Part shown: in pieces, positions 35,393 to 48,444 of the stretch
Layout of the letters: the number at the start of each line of letters is the position of its first letter
How positions within the stretch are numbered: position 1 is the stretch's first letter
From: Proteromonas lacertae
Taxonomy: Eukaryota
DNA: 53,432 nt
Direction of reading: 5' to 3'
NCBI GenBank assembly: GCA_002245135.1
Contig: NGBS01000921.1
Location: 1 to 53,432, forward strand
Notes under the pieces: model-generated
Databases searched by the model: none
What the model saw: only the letters and a program-made list of their open reading frames with translations
Told to the model about the DNA's origin: nothing
Translations under genes and position numbers: made by a program

Positions 35393-37060
35393 TTAGGACT
35401 CTTCTGTAATTACCACACCACAATTATATGGTTTAATTGCTGGAATAATCTGTCCAGGTGTAACAGATACAGGTTGATGCAATGGTGATGGTTGTGCTAA
35501 TCTAGAACTATTGGGTAATGAAGGATTAACATGAATTGTATTACAATTATATAATTCCCTAGTTGATCCTAAATCATAACAGCTATCTGGGTTATTCGCA
35601 TATTCCCCTTCCTCATCCTTCTCTATCATTGAACAGCATTCAGAAGGTGGAGCATAATATTCACCATTCTTCTCCTGACCATCTTCATCCTGTATTAAGT
35701 TTACTATTTTACCAAATTCAGCAGGTACACACGATGGCCTAGCTAAAGGTGGTGCATTTTGAATTTGTATAAGAGGATGTTCAATTTGATCTTGTGCTGT
35801 GATTCTCCTACGAGGTTGTTGTTGTGATAGTCTTTTAGATGGGTAAAAGTTAGAAAATCTTGATTTTCGTTTACTTAAAGGCATATCTTTATTCTCATCT
35901 TTACTCTTACAGCTACTACGTTGATCTGTTAGTTGTGCTTGTTTTATTTCTACATTATATTCATAACCATCAAACAAATGCTGTGATTCTGGTGGAATTT
36001 CGCATTTCTTATTATTCCCATCTCCTTCAAAATATTCTGTTACATCAAAGTTACCATTGCAATTAGCGACATTAATATCAGGTTTAAATGTAGGATTATA
36101 CTTTCTATTAAACAAATCATCAAATGAGAAATTATTAAACCATGGATGATTTTTCAACTCATCAGCTCCACTAGCTCCTAATCGATATTTAGGATTGAAG
36201 ATTAATAATCCTTGAATAAACTGCTTAGCTTCTAAACTAACGTGATCTAATCCTTCTAATTTTATATAGTTTGGATCATTTTTCAATTTATCAGCTTTTT
36301 CATAGTGTTCAAAGTGTTTTTTCTTGATTGTTTCCTCTTTATAAGGTCTTTTCATTGTGAAAAATTCGTATAACACTACACCTAAACTAAACCATTCTGC
36401 TGCAAATGTATGTTTCCGTTTGTGGTTTCTATATATCTCTGGAGCTATATATCCTCTTGTACCACCTCCTTCACAACAGACTCCAGTTGGGATTCGACGT
36501 GATAAACCAAAATCACTTAATTTCACATAACCAGTTTCGTCCATTAGTATATTCGCTGGTTTTATATCTCTATGTATAATTGTTTGAGTATGCAAGAATT
36601 CCAGTGCTAATATGACTTGGCCAATGTAAAATTTAGCTCTTTCTTCCGGAAATCCATCTGGACATTTAGATAATTGGTACCTTAAATCACCACCTAATGC
36701 CACATCCATAATTAAATATAGAAAATATCTATCCTGAAACGCAAAGTGTAAATTACAGATGAAAGGATGTTTGATAAGTGCTAAGATATTTCTTTCAGCA
36801 AAAACATTAGCTCGTACTTTTTCACTGTTTTTACATTTTATAAGAGCTTCTTTATTTATTGTTTTCATAGCAAACCATTTTCCTTTATCTGGAGACGATA
36901 ACTTTATTACAGCATTAACCTAATGACAATAAAAATAGAGAGATACTTTCCCAAAGCCTCCTTTACCCAATACTCTCTGAATCTCGAAATGGTCTAAACC
37001 TATTCTATTTGGATTAAAGTTTGGAGGAGGTGGAGGCTGTGAAGCGAAGCAATTACCCAT
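35393..37060 (-). CDS. AGC-group Ser/Thr kinase (STK32/YANK-like), N-myristoylation-type start MGNC
   Basis: LGKGGFGK, intron, FAMK, GGDLRYQL, HRDIKPAN, DFG, GTRGYIAPE. The C-terminus may extend to ~35281 through a 1-bp frameshift. Confidence 0.9.
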
Positions 37061-37145
37061 ATAGCTAATAATACAGTGTTTTTAACGGTATTGATGAAAT
37101 AACAAAAACAAACGATACTTGAGTTAGGCTTGAGAATTAATAAAA

Positions 37146-37632
37146 ATGAAATTCATTTTTCTCTTCGCTGTGTTGTGTATAACTTGCATTGTTGCAAGAG
37201 AAAATTTGCCACCAGATGCACAATTAAGAATTGGTGTTAAAGTATAGATAATATATTTTTTTAAATAATTTTGGATTAATTTCATATATATAGCATCGTC
37301 CTGAGAAATGCGAAAGAAAATCAAAGAACGGAGACAAATTATCCATGCACTACACTGTATATTTCTTGCCGTAATAAAAATAGGGAACTTTGTACACAGA
37401 TGGTAAGAAGTTTGATAGTAGTTTAGATCGTAATCAACCATTCGAATTTACTCTTGGAAGTGGACAAGTCATTAAAGGATGGGATCAAGGATTATTAGGA
37501 ATGTGTATTGGTGAAAAACGTCGTTTGACCATTCCAAGTGGTTTAGGATATGGAGATAGAGGAGCTGGAGCTGATATTCCTGGTGGTGCTACATTAGTAT
37601 TTGATGTTGAATTATTAGACATTAAGAGCTAA
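37146..37632 (+). CDS. Secretory-pathway FKBP-type peptidyl-prolyl isomerase (FKBP2/FKBP15-like)
   Basis: Signal peptide [36 protein letters not shown]...[25 protein letters not shown]...FDVEL; 2 introns. Confidence 0.93.
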
Positions 37633-37935
37633 TCAAATACTCTTTTTTTTTTTTTCATGCCGAATTTATTATTGTTTTGTTTGAATATAATTTTAAAAAA
37701 TAAACATTAACTGTATATACAATATTAATCTTATAATTATTATTATATAAACGTGTACATTATCTTAAATTATAGTTTTTCTTACACTATAATTATATTA
37801 CTAATTATTCACTTTTTTATTTCTTAATATTGATAGAATTTTGATGATTCAAATAAATATAATACTCTATTTTACGATTTATGTATAATATAGGTTATTG
37901 GTAGATATATATATATTTACATGCAACAACCTGAA

Positions 37936-38259
37936 TTAAGGTGCCACTGTTGATGTTGATGTTATAGTTGAAGCTGTATTAGCACTTCCCAATGTGAAAT
38001 TACCTAATCCAAAAGTCTCCAATCTATCAGTTATATTACTAACACTATAATCATCATAATAGCCACTACTACCAGCTACTGTTATTCCTTCTAATCCAAC
38101 TATTCCATTGGAAAGTGGACTTCTATCAGGTGTAGCTGGCGATGAGATTTGTGATGAAGATGAACCAATGGATGGCATATAATACATCTGAGGAGAATAA
38201 TCATATCCATAATAGGATGAGGATGATGGTGATATTTGAGGTGGTAATGGTGAATAAGG

Positions 38260-38290
<31 letters not shown>

Positions 38291-39329
38291 CGAGATGTGT
38301 TATTATTATTATTATTATTATTAGAACTAACAATAGGTGAATTAGAACTACCATTCATATTATTAATTACAGCATTTGTACTATTACTTCTCTGTCTTGG
38401 TGGAGAGTTGAAATATGAATAATCATAAACATTGGCACCATGTGGAGAGGATAAAGATGGTGTTGAAGAGGTAGTATTGGTAGATGAAGCAGATGTTGCT
38501 GTTGTTAATTGATAAGTATGCATTTGAACTTGTTGTTGTTGTTGTCTTGATGGAAATGTGTATTGTTGTTGTTGTGGAGGTTGTTGTGGTATATTGTTAG
38601 GATATGTGATATTGGTAGGTGATTGCATTATTATATGATGATTTGATGAATTCATTTGTGGAATTACTGGTGATATGGAATAATAATTGTATATCATATG
38701 TTGTTGAGGTTGTTGTTGTTGTTGTACCTGTTCGTAATGATTATTACAACTGTTGCTAATATGTCTGTTATTATTATTATTATTACTACTATTATTCACT
38801 CTAAAAGTATGATAAGATCCTCCTCTAGTTGGTATTGAGGATGTATATGAATTGGTAGAATTTTGGCTGATTTCTATTAATTCACTAGGCTGACGTAAAT
38901 CCTATTGATAAAAATAGTAATACAAAGTGAATATACTGACTCACCATGAGCAAAACAACAATACTCACCAGAATCACAAGGTAAATTATTTAAAAAGTAC
39001 CGACACATTTGGGTTTTATAAATAGATGGATGAAACACTAACTCATTGTAACCATGCGCATAACGACAATTATCTTGAAACTTACATTTTAAAGAACCAG
39101 GTTTAAAGAACTTGCACAACGCTGGTCTGTACACTTCAACATTGCCATTAGTTATAGGACATCGTCGTTTATCACTATCAGAGTGATAAAAGAAACAATC
39201 ATGCTAGTAGATAAACTTAAATTAATTAAATACTTGAGAACAATCTGTTTTCTTTTGACTTCTTTCTTTAACTGGGCAATTTTGACCATTCTTTGTGAAC
39301 TGACACATCTCAGTCCTCAATCTTACCAT
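37936..39329 (-). CDS. Unkempt-like tandem CCCH zinc-finger RNA-binding protein with Q/N/S/P low-complexity tail
   Basis: CFFYHSDSDKRR, CRYAHGYNELVFHPSIYKTQMC and CCFAHG. Two introns link in frame to ORF 37936..38799. Confidence 0.8.
38259..38322. repeat. Coding trinucleotide repeats (poly-Q and poly-N)
   Basis: (gtt)n and (tta)n runs inside the CCCH gene. Confidence 0.85.
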
Positions 39330-39810
39330 GACATTTAGATGTTCCTCCCTTTCAACACTTTCAAGAGGGTATTTAAAGACAAACATCTAATAAATCATAT
39401 AAAATCTTTAATCAAATTTGATTTGTCTTTATTCACTAAAAAGATATTTTTTGAACCAGGCAATAGAAACTATTTTCAAGTAAAACACATAATAGTAGCT
39501 ATAAAACCAATAAGTAAAGCAAGGTGAAAACAAACATAACTCATATTAGACGTTTTATTTTGTGATTTTTCAAGAAAATTATTTCACTATATTTTTCATT
39601 GTGAATATGTATAACTATCAAAAACAGAAGATGATCACTTATAGTTGTGATTCAATAAAGAATTTAGTAAAACAATATGTTATTACACTCTCACATAGCA
39701 TGTAATTTTGTATTTATAGATGAAATGATATTTATTAGACACAATTCTCTTTGTAATTTATGTGAATTTGGATAAATTTTAGTTCAAATATAAAATTGGC
39801 TTGAGGAATT

Positions 39811-39822
39811 TTTGGCGCGAAA
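39811..39822. promoter_or_regulatory. Overlapping inverted E2F-type site TTTGGCGCGAAA
   Basis: Matches TTTSSCGC on both strands, about 17 bp upstream of the NASP-like ATG; GC-rich 6-mers are otherwise rare in this DNA. Confidence 0.65.
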
Positions 39823-39838
39823 TTTTTCATTTTTGAAT

Positions 39839-40919
39839 ATGTCAATTCAGAATAGTATATTTGTCTGTATAATATATAGTAAATCCTGATGGAGATGAAA
39901 TAGAAGATTGTGCAGGTATAAAATTAAATAATATTATGTTTCTTTTATTAGATGTTGAAGAAGATTGTAGATATATTGAAGCATGTGAATTGTTTAATTC
40001 TCAAGAATATACTAAAGCATCCGATATTTTTTCCGATGTTTTAGCTGATGCAAATGAATTATTTGGAGACACTGATATTCGATGTGTTCCAATATATAAA
40101 ATGTATGGTACATCATTGTTGAGAGGTGTGACACAATCATTACAGGAACAAGTGAAAGATGAAGAAGAAGCTCAAGCTTTGAAACTAACAGAAGAGAATC
40201 AAGATGATTTAGAGATATCATGGGACTGTTTAGATGCAGCTCGTGTAATATTAGAAAAAGCAGGAAAAAATGACAAAAATTTGAATGATTTACTGTCAAT
40301 CTACAAACTACTCTCTGAACATAGCGAAGTGAATAGAAACTATGATGTAGCTATTGAAGATATTAGTAAAGCGATTGATTTATATCAAAAAACAGGAATA
40401 ACTAACAGCGAATATGAAAAATGTGTAAGACAAAGAGCGAATTGTAATAAAGAAATATACACATTGAAAAAACAAAAAGAATACTATGATAAAGCAATGG
40501 AAGATTATAGTCATATCAAAAAGGTGAATAGTGAATTAATGAGTAGATTAGCTGGCGAATTGAATGTGCCAAAAGATGATAAAGGTAATTACAATTGGGA
40601 TGAGTTTGTTGAATCACATACTGGTAAAGATTTTAGTGAAAAAGAGGATGAATTATTAGCTTATATATTGTTTGATAAAGCTGTTGCCGATGAAGTGAAT
40701 GAATTGAATAAAGAGTATGAGGAAAATAGCAATAAGAAAAGTGATTTAAATCCATTTGGAAAACCTACTCAGATGTTTAATGATTCATTTGATAAACCAC
40801 AATTACCTGAAACTATTAAAGCTATTTCTGTGAAGAGAGTTAAATCTACTGAAGTTACAAAGAAAGAGGAGGATAAAGAGGATGAAAATCCCAATAAAAG
40901 GACTAAAAAAGAAGATTAA
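39839..40919 (+). CDS. NASP/Sim3/Hif1-like TPR histone chaperone
   Basis: TPR helices, YKMYGTSLL and DDLEISWDCLDAARVI (SHNi-TPR-like), basic NLS-like tail; two 5' introns. Confidence 0.75.
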
Positions 40920-41017
40920 CATTATTTATTTATTTTTTCAATATATATAAAATTATTTTATTAAAAAAATAAAACACATATATTTACATATACAGAAAAA
41001 AATATTATATATTAATT

Positions 41018-41965
41018 CTATGATGGAGGAGGTGGTTCTGTAGTTGAATTATCTTCATAAGCTACCAATGGTGTTACAGTCTTTGTATATGGTGTTTGTT
41101 TATTATTTATTGGCACAGACCAAGCTACATTCAAATCTCTTCCATTAATCGACAAATTCTTATACAATGCTGTTACTGCCCTTTCTGCATCTTCTCTTTT
41201 ACTATATTCTACATAAGCACACATATCTCTTGGATTAATTTTCAATGATATTATTTCACCATGCGAATAAAATCTATTTTCTAAATCTTTCTTTGTTATT
41301 GTTGAATCTAAATTACCTATGTATAATGTCCTTATATTTGGGTTTTCTGGTGGTACAAGCTTGTCAGAAGGCTTGCTATTTTTCAATATTTTTTCTGCTA
41401 CTGGATCATTTTGACCATTAAATCGATCTGTTATGTTTTGTTTAGCTAAAGGATCATCTTCACTTTGTGGTAGTTCGTGTCTGTATGGACAAGCATTTCC
41501 TCTTGTACACATACCTCTAGCATAAAATGAACACAAATGTGGTAAATTTCTTTTATAATATGGCTTTGTTCTTGCCATTCTTAATAAATCATTATTTACT
41601 AATGGTTTACTTTGTGGTGCATCTTTGTATCCTTTTTGTAATTGAGTAGAACCACTTAAAAAAGCATCACGAACTTGTACTGGCAATCCGTATGTCAAAT
41701 CAAGTAGACATGTCTGACAAACGTTTTTGGATTTAGCACACTCTTGACATATTTCTGTTTGCTTATATCTGGATTGATGACCTGGTTTCCATCTAAAAAG
41801 TGTAAATGGTCTATCACATATTTTGCATGAAGCTCCATATTCCATTTTTGACATTCTAACATAAGGATTATCACCTAAACAAGTTTCACATAATATAGGA
41901 AAGTCAGCGTTTTCCCAACTTTCTACATTAAAGTTTGATTTTGGTGCACGACTGTCATACGGCAT
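41018..41965 (-). CDS. RBM22: Pre-mRNA splicing factor RBM22/Slt11
   Basis: WENADFPILCETCLGDNPYVRM, CSFYARGMCTRGNACPYRH and an RRM (TLYIGNL...CAYVEY). Confidence 0.95.
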   Translation of the reverse strand: MPYDSRAPKSNFNVESWENADFPILCETCLGDNPYVRMSKMEYGASCKICDRPFTLFRWKPGHQSRYKQTEICQECAKSKNVCQTCLLDLTYGLPVQVRDAFLSGSTQLQKGYKDAPQSKPLVNNDLLRMARTKPYYKRNLPHLCSFYARGMCTRGNACPYRHELPQSEDDPLAKQNITDRFNGQNDPVAEKILKNSKPSDKLVPPENPNIRTLYIGNLDSTITKKDLENRFYSHGEIISLKINPRDMCAYVEYSKREDAERAVTALYKNLSINGRDLNVAWSVPINNKQTPYTKTVTPLVAYEDNSTTEPPPPS

Positions 41966-42052
41966 ATATAACTAGATAAATTAAAAATTAAAAAATGAAA
42001 AAATCAAGCTTGTTTGTTTATTGAGTGAAACGGATATATTCTATAAATTATA

Positions 42053-42992
42053 ATGGCTTCAAAACTGCCAAAGATCGTATTGCTTTTTCTATATTAATAT
42101 TTAGCTGGATGGACTAGCAATAGCTTCAGTTATTGGAGGATTTGTAGGATGGGGGTTGCAAGAATCACTATATGATGGTATAACTCAATGATTTATATGA
42201 ATGGTTAGTTGATCCAGGTACTAAAGCTGTTATTTGGGATAGATATAAAGGTGTATTACCAAAAGCGGTAGGAGAAGGCACACATTTTAGAATTCCTCTA
42301 ATGCAAGTATAAATTAATATAAAAATGAATAAAATAAATACAATTGAATAGTATCCAGTTATAATGGATGTTCGAACGCATGCAAATACATTTGATATAT
42401 ATAGTGGAACAAAAGATCTTCAACATGTTGCATTCACATTACGTTTATTAACACATTTAGATGCAGAAAAAGCACCAGAAGTATATAGAAGATATGGCGA
42501 AGATTATGAAACAAGAATCCTTCGATCAGCAGTGAATGAAGTAGTAAATGCTACAGTAGCAACACACAATGCTGAGAGTCTAATAGAAGATAGAAATTCA
42601 GTATATAACCAAATAGTATCAGGTATTCGTTCCAAATTAAATCTCTTCGATCTTATAACGGATGATATATCAGTAGTTAGTATGCAATATAGTGATGATT
42701 TTACAAAATCCTGTGAATATAAGATGATCACACAACAAGCAGCTCAAAGACAGGAGTATTATGTATTACAAAGTCAAAGGGAAAGAGATGCTCAAATTAC
42801 ACTAGCCGAAGGTGAAAGTAGAGCAGCATCCATGATTACTAAATCAATAGCGAAGAATGGTAATGGTTATTTGAAGATTAAACAAATGGATGTATTATAT
42901 TTTTATTGTTCTTATTTGAATAGTATGCAGTTGGTGCAGTTAGAGATTTGTTGTGTAATCCGACTATTGTATTTGTTCCTGTGGAAGAATAA
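42053..42992 (+). CDS. Prohibitin (SPFH), PHB1-like
   Basis: SLYDVDPG.KAVIWDR..GV...GEGTHFRIP; SGTKDLQHV; AEGESRAA; 4 introns. Confidence 0.88.
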
Positions 42993-43105
42993 GTTTATTG
43001 TTATTTTATATTCTGTTATTTTTTTCTCACTCTCTCTTATTAATTATGTAATTTTATGGATTAATAGAAAAAAAACATTAAAATAATTATTCTGAGTGAA
43101 ATATT

Positions 43106-43501
43106 TTAAGCGTATCTAAGGCAACATAGTAAGCAGATTAATAAAAGAACTGGAATCATACAAATTGCTAGAATTGGTTTTCTAAATGCAAATAGAATAA
43201 TGAAATATACACAATGTGAGGTAAATGAATTACATTAAAATAAGTAAGAGCTTCGAATAACACCAAAGCCCAAAGGATCAAAACACAGAAAGTAGATAAA
43301 AGATCAATCACTAAAATAAATAAAATGCAATTATACTAGTCTGATGTGATCTTGTTCCTCGGTGGATCCTACGTAGTTTAAAAAATAGATATACTTTCGT
43401 TTCTTTTTATGCTCTTCAATGGGTCTACCTAACAATGAAGCTGATTCAACATCATCAGTTATCATTTTGTCTGCATTACCTCTTTGTGACATCTTACTCA
43501 T
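43106..43501 (-). CDS. Small predicted membrane protein (multi-exon, approximate model)
   Basis: ATG-led hydrophilic exon followed by hydrophobic segments separated by short GT-AG introns. Confidence 0.45.
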
Positions 43502-43613
43502 ATTTAAATAAATTTGTCAGTTTCACTCCTATAACGCATCTATTTTAAAAATTTGCCCAAAAACAACAAACTTCATATATAAAAGGTGTTTGATAGATAC
43601 TTTTTTTTAATAA

Positions 43614-44616
43614 TTATAAGAAATAATCAGGTGTACGTTTCTTTTGGTTGAAATTCTCATCTCTTGGTGCTGGATCAAATTGAATAAAGAAATATTGTAA
43701 AGTTTCATTAACCTCCATAATAGCAGCTTGATTACCACAACGATAACAGTAATTAGGTGCAGAAAATACAGTAACTACATTACCATCGTGAGACATTAAA
43801 TAACCTTCCATAACTAACTGATGTGCTCTAGCAATCAAATTTAATTTATTTGTTCTACAAAAATTCTGTGATATATCTTTACCGAATGTATAACCAGCTC
43901 CACGAGGAGATACACCGAACCCAGTACGATCGTCTGGATCACTCCATACTAAATCGCACATTGGACCTTCATGAGGTACTTCTTGGAAACGGTCGATTTT
44001 TCTTGCATCATCTAGTGTATCTATTGATGGTGATAAACCTCCATGTAAACAGAAGATTTTATCATCAATTAATGCAGTCATTGGTAAATAGTCGAATAAA
44101 TCGGTAAATGCTTTCCATACATTAGCGTTACCATATTTACGAAGACATTCATCGTAAAAACCATATCTATTTTGCATTATATCATGTGAATTAATTATAC
44201 ATTTGAGTAATCTGTCTACTTTCATGGTTTCCTCTTAATATTGTGATTCTATCTCGATATCTGACTTTCAATGCAATTAAAAGTGAAACTGATTCAAGAC
44301 TATAATAACCACGATCAACATAATCACCTAAAAATAGATAGTTTGTCATAGGAAGCTTTCCACCTATATGAAACAATTCTATAAGATCATAAAATTGTCC
44401 GTGTATATCACCACACACTGTAACAGGTCTTTGAACTGGTTGAACATTACTTTCACTCTGTAATATTTCTCTTGCCTATATTTGTTAATGAAAAAATAAT
44501 ACTGTGTTGCATAACTCAATAGCATCTTTTTCTGAAAGAATTTCACGCTTCATCAATCTTTCAATCTGAGCGTCAAGTGGCCCAAATTGATCTTTTAAAT
44601 CACTTCCAACAGACAT
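43614..44616 (-). CDS. Protein phosphatase 2A catalytic subunit
   Basis: [28 protein letters not shown] and the C-terminal TPDYFL; 2 introns. Confidence 0.95.
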
Positions 44617-45152
44617 ATTATTCTATAAATATACGCAAATAAAACAAGATAAGATACTCTTTCAATAGCAAAAAGAAAAACGCAGTTATTCAAATGACAA
44701 ACTGTAGGCTTGACAGTGTTAGATTTCTTTTTTGATTTTTGTTGTTATGAGAAAGCAAAAGAGAACAATTTTGATGTATTATTTTTAGTGATATGGTTGT
44801 ATATATGTTAATGCGATTAATATTATTGAACATAAAATAAAAAATATTAGTCAATCATGTTACACAGAATAAACTCTTTTATTTCTCATATTGTTAAGAA
44901 TAACATGATAATAAAGTAACATACAGTAAGAAAAAGCATTACTCTACAATCATCTTTTCTAACTCTGCAGTTTATTGTTTATTACATGTCTTAGATTATT
45001 TATAATAGCATGAACGTTAAGATCTGGTGAATACTATGATCATATTCAAATGAATATGTCAAAATCCATTCAAAAAATCAAAAAATTAGAAAATGAAAAT
45101 TTTCATAAACGGATATAATTATTAATACTGTTTTTATTTTTTTCAGTCCTAC

Positions 45153-46557
45153 ATGGATCCTAACGAAGAATCAGAATTTGATTTTTCTCAGACATCGCCA
45201 CCAGTTGTTAAATCAAGTGAGCTTTTAACTCCAAGTATACTTTGAATTGTGTTATAACTATTCAGAAAGCTCAGATCGTAGTGAACTTATGTATAAAAGG
45301 TACAAAAAGCAGAAAGTATTGTTATCTTAATTTTATTCTATAGATAAAGCAAAAACGTCTAGCTGCAGCCATACAAAAAGAAGAATGCCCATTTAGCCCT
45401 GTCATATATACAAAAGACTCAAAAGTAGCACCGACAAGAGGAAAGAATGTTTTCAATTCTTTATATCACAGAGCTCAAGTCGATTCAGAAAAGAAGAAGA
45501 AACTTGCATCGACTATAGGACCAGAATGTACATTTCAACCTGTGCTAGTTGCAAAACCGAAAGTATTTATTCTTTTATTCTTAATTTATCTTTAGCAATC
45601 AACTCATAGACCTCATTCTCGAATATACAAAGAATTATACAAAAAAGGATTAAAACAAAAGAAAAAAATAGACGAACTATCCAAACAAAGTGTTGATGAA
45701 GAATGTACTTTTAAACCAGAAATCAATAGAGATGTAGAAACACATGGAGAAAGAGTATCACTGTTGCAAAGAGTACCAATATCATTCAATGAAATAAGAG
45801 AAAAGAAAGCAAGAGCTAAGAAAATGCAGGATGAAATTATCTATGAAGAATGTACATTTAAACCACAAACTAATGTTAAAAGTAAACCAATTAAATCAAA
45901 GCAATCTTCTTATAATCATTTATATGATGATTATAGAATTGTATATTTTAATTTTTTTTAAATTATATTTAGAGAAAAGCAAAGTTAGAAAGATTAAAAG
46001 AACTACAGGAAGAAAAAGAACTTTCAGAACTTCAAAACAAACCAAAAATCAATAGCATTCCACAAGAAGTATCAGAAATCCGTAGTAATGAAGATTTAAT
46101 TGAAAGATTATCACGTCCAAAGGAAACAATGGTTGGATATACAACAGAATCATTTACATTTACACCAAAGATCAATAAGTATAAAAATAAAGTTGGTCAT
46201 AGTAAAGAAGAGTTGTATGAAATGGGAGTAAGGAAAGGACAATTTAAAAGGGATATTAGTGGTGGAAATGGTAATAATAACAATTATAATAGTGAAGATA
46301 TATCTGAATGTACATTCAGCCCAAAGATTGATGAACATAGTAGGAAGATAATAGAAACTGAATCAATTACATCAACTAATTCGAATATCAGAAAAACACC
46401 AATTAAAATACCGAGTGATAGGAAAATGATTAAATCTCAATCGTTTAAAAAACCAATAAACTCTGTTGAGAAGAATGGTGTTAAAAATTCAAAACATCAA
46501 TCTATTCAACTTCCAGCTGCTCCTGTGGATGAGTCTGATAGTCCTTCTTTGCCATAG
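45153..46557 (+). CDS. Charged protein with repeated ECTFxP motifs (multi-exon)
   Basis: EECPFSP, ECTFQP, EECTFKPEIN, EECTFKPQTN, FTFTPKIN and ECTFSPKID. Confidence 0.7.
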
Positions 46558-46656
46558 CTATTGTATTTGTTTTATATTAAACTGTAATTAATATTTTGGA
46601 TAAAAAAATGTTTATCGTTTCTATTATTCAAAATACTTTTGAAATCTTTAAAATAA

Positions 46657-47832
46657 ATGCCAATCAATAACTTTAATTGGTGTAATCCAACTCGTATTTT
46701 ATTTGGAAAGGGACAAATTGCTGAACTGTCAAATTATTTACCAACTGATAAGACATTTATCATAACTTATGGTGGAGGAAGTATCAAGAAGTTTGGAACT
46801 TATGATGCTGTGAAGAAAGCATTAGGATCTAGAAAGTATGAAGATTTTGGCGGTATAGAAGCAAATCCAGACTTTGATACTTTAATGAAATGTGTGAATA
46901 GAATAAAGGAAATAGGACCTGATAATTGCTATATTCTTGCGGTTGGTGGAGGTTCAGTTTGTGATGGTTCAAAATTCATTGCAGCAGCTTCTTACTTTGA
47001 AGGTGATCCATGGGAAATCTTACTGAACGATGGTAAAAACGTCAAAAAAGCAGTACCAATAGCAGTTGTTCTCACTTTACCAGCAACAGGAAGTGAAAGT
47101 AATGTTGCTGCTGTTGTTTCAAGAAGGTCAATGAAAAGAAAACTAGGATTACACACTTCAATGGTATTTCCAGTAGTCAGTGTATTAGATCCAGAGTTAA
47201 CCTACACTTTACCAATGAACCAATCCCAAAATGGTGTAGTAGATGCTTTTGTTCATGTTTGTGAACAATATGTTACATTCCCAGCTGATGCTGATTGTCA
47301 AGATAGATATAGTGAAGGATTGATGAAAGTATTAGTTAAAAATGGAACAGAATTAATGAAAAATCCTAAAGATTATACAGTAAGAGCTAATATAATGTGG
47401 GCAGCAAATCAAGCTCTAAATGGATTAATAGCTCAAGGTGTTGTTACTGATTGGAGTACCCATAAATTAGGACATGAATTAACAGCGCAATTAGGATTAG
47501 ATCATGCAGTGACATTAGCCATTGTTCAGCCTGTTATTTATAGATTAAAAATTCAACAGAAGAAAGAGAAATTAGCGATGTTAGGTGATAGTGTGTTTGG
47601 TATTAAAAATAGTGATAAATTAAAAGCTGCTGAAGAAACTATAAAAGCAATTGAACATTTTTATCATGATGTTATGAAATTACCAATTAAGATAAGTGAA
47701 TGTAAGTGTAGTCAAGATAAAGCATGGATAAAAGAAGTATGTGATAGATTTAGAAAAGATGGAGCTGCATTTGGTGAACATAAAGATATTACTGGTGATG
47801 TAGCTGAAGATATATATAATAGTTGTTATTAA
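46657..47832 (+). CDS. Iron-containing NAD(P)H-dependent alcohol/butanol dehydrogenase, YqhD-like; intronless
   Basis: NPTRILFGKGQI, TYGGGS, GIEANP, AVGGGSVCDGSK, TLPATGSE, DAFVHVCEQY, THKLGHELTA..GLDHA. Confidence 0.95.
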   Translation: MPINNFNWCNPTRILFGKGQIAELSNYLPTDKTFIITYGGGSIKKFGTYDAVKKALGSRKYEDFGGIEANPDFDTLMKCVNRIKEIGPDNCYILAVGGGSVCDGSKFIAAASYFEGDPWEILLNDGKNVKKAVPIAVVLTLPATGSESNVAAVVSRRSMKRKLGLHTSMVFPVVSVLDPELTYTLPMNQSQNGVVDAFVHVCEQYVTFPADADCQDRYSEGLMKVLVKNGTELMKNPKDYTVRANIMWAANQALNGLIAQGVVTDWSTHKLGHELTAQLGLDHAVTLAIVQPVIYRLKIQQKKEKLAMLGDSVFGIKNSDKLKAAEETIKAIEHFYHDVMKLPIKISECKCSQDKAWIKEVCDRFRKDGAAFGEHKDITGDVAEDIYNSCY

Positions 47833-47923
47833 AGTGGCATATAATTGATTTTTTGATTTGAAAACTGTTATTTTTGAAAAATAATCAAAATTGACATTTA
47901 CTGTGAAATACTGTAGTAAAACA

Positions 47924-48444
47924 ATGACAAGATATAATGGGATGGTTAAATGTTATAAAGGGAAGAAGGTATTATTTATTTAATCAATTTTTTATAGCAT
48001 TTTGGCTTTATCGTATGTCCTTCATGGAGTGAAGGTGAATTGTTTTTTTCACCTGGTAATATGAATATGTTTCTACCTGGAGAAGAGAGAATGAGAGTCA
48101 CTAAACCAGGTACAATCGTAAATTTCGATATTATTCACAAAAGAAGAGGATATCAAGCAAATGACATAAAATTAGGTAGTTATGATGGTGCAGCTAGTTC
48201 ATATATCCCCCCACTATCGACCTTCCGCTCTCCACGTATTTTTAACCCAATACCTATATCAAAGTTTGAAACTGAAGGATATATCCCTGGAATTGAGTCA
48301 GTAAACTGTACAATATGTTTAGAAGTGTTGGATTATGGAGAATCTGTTACAAGATTGCCATGTACTCATGTATTTCATCATGATTGTTTAGCAAAATGGT
48401 TGGAAGATAAACAAACTTGTCCAAATTGTAGAGTTTCATTATAA
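47924..48444 (+). CDS. Cold-shock-domain + RING-H2 protein (copy 1)
   Basis: After splicing: MTRYNGMVKCYKGKKHFGFI...GTIVNFDI...RGYQANDI, then CTICLE...LPCTHVFHHDCLAKW...CPNCR. Confidence 0.8.
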
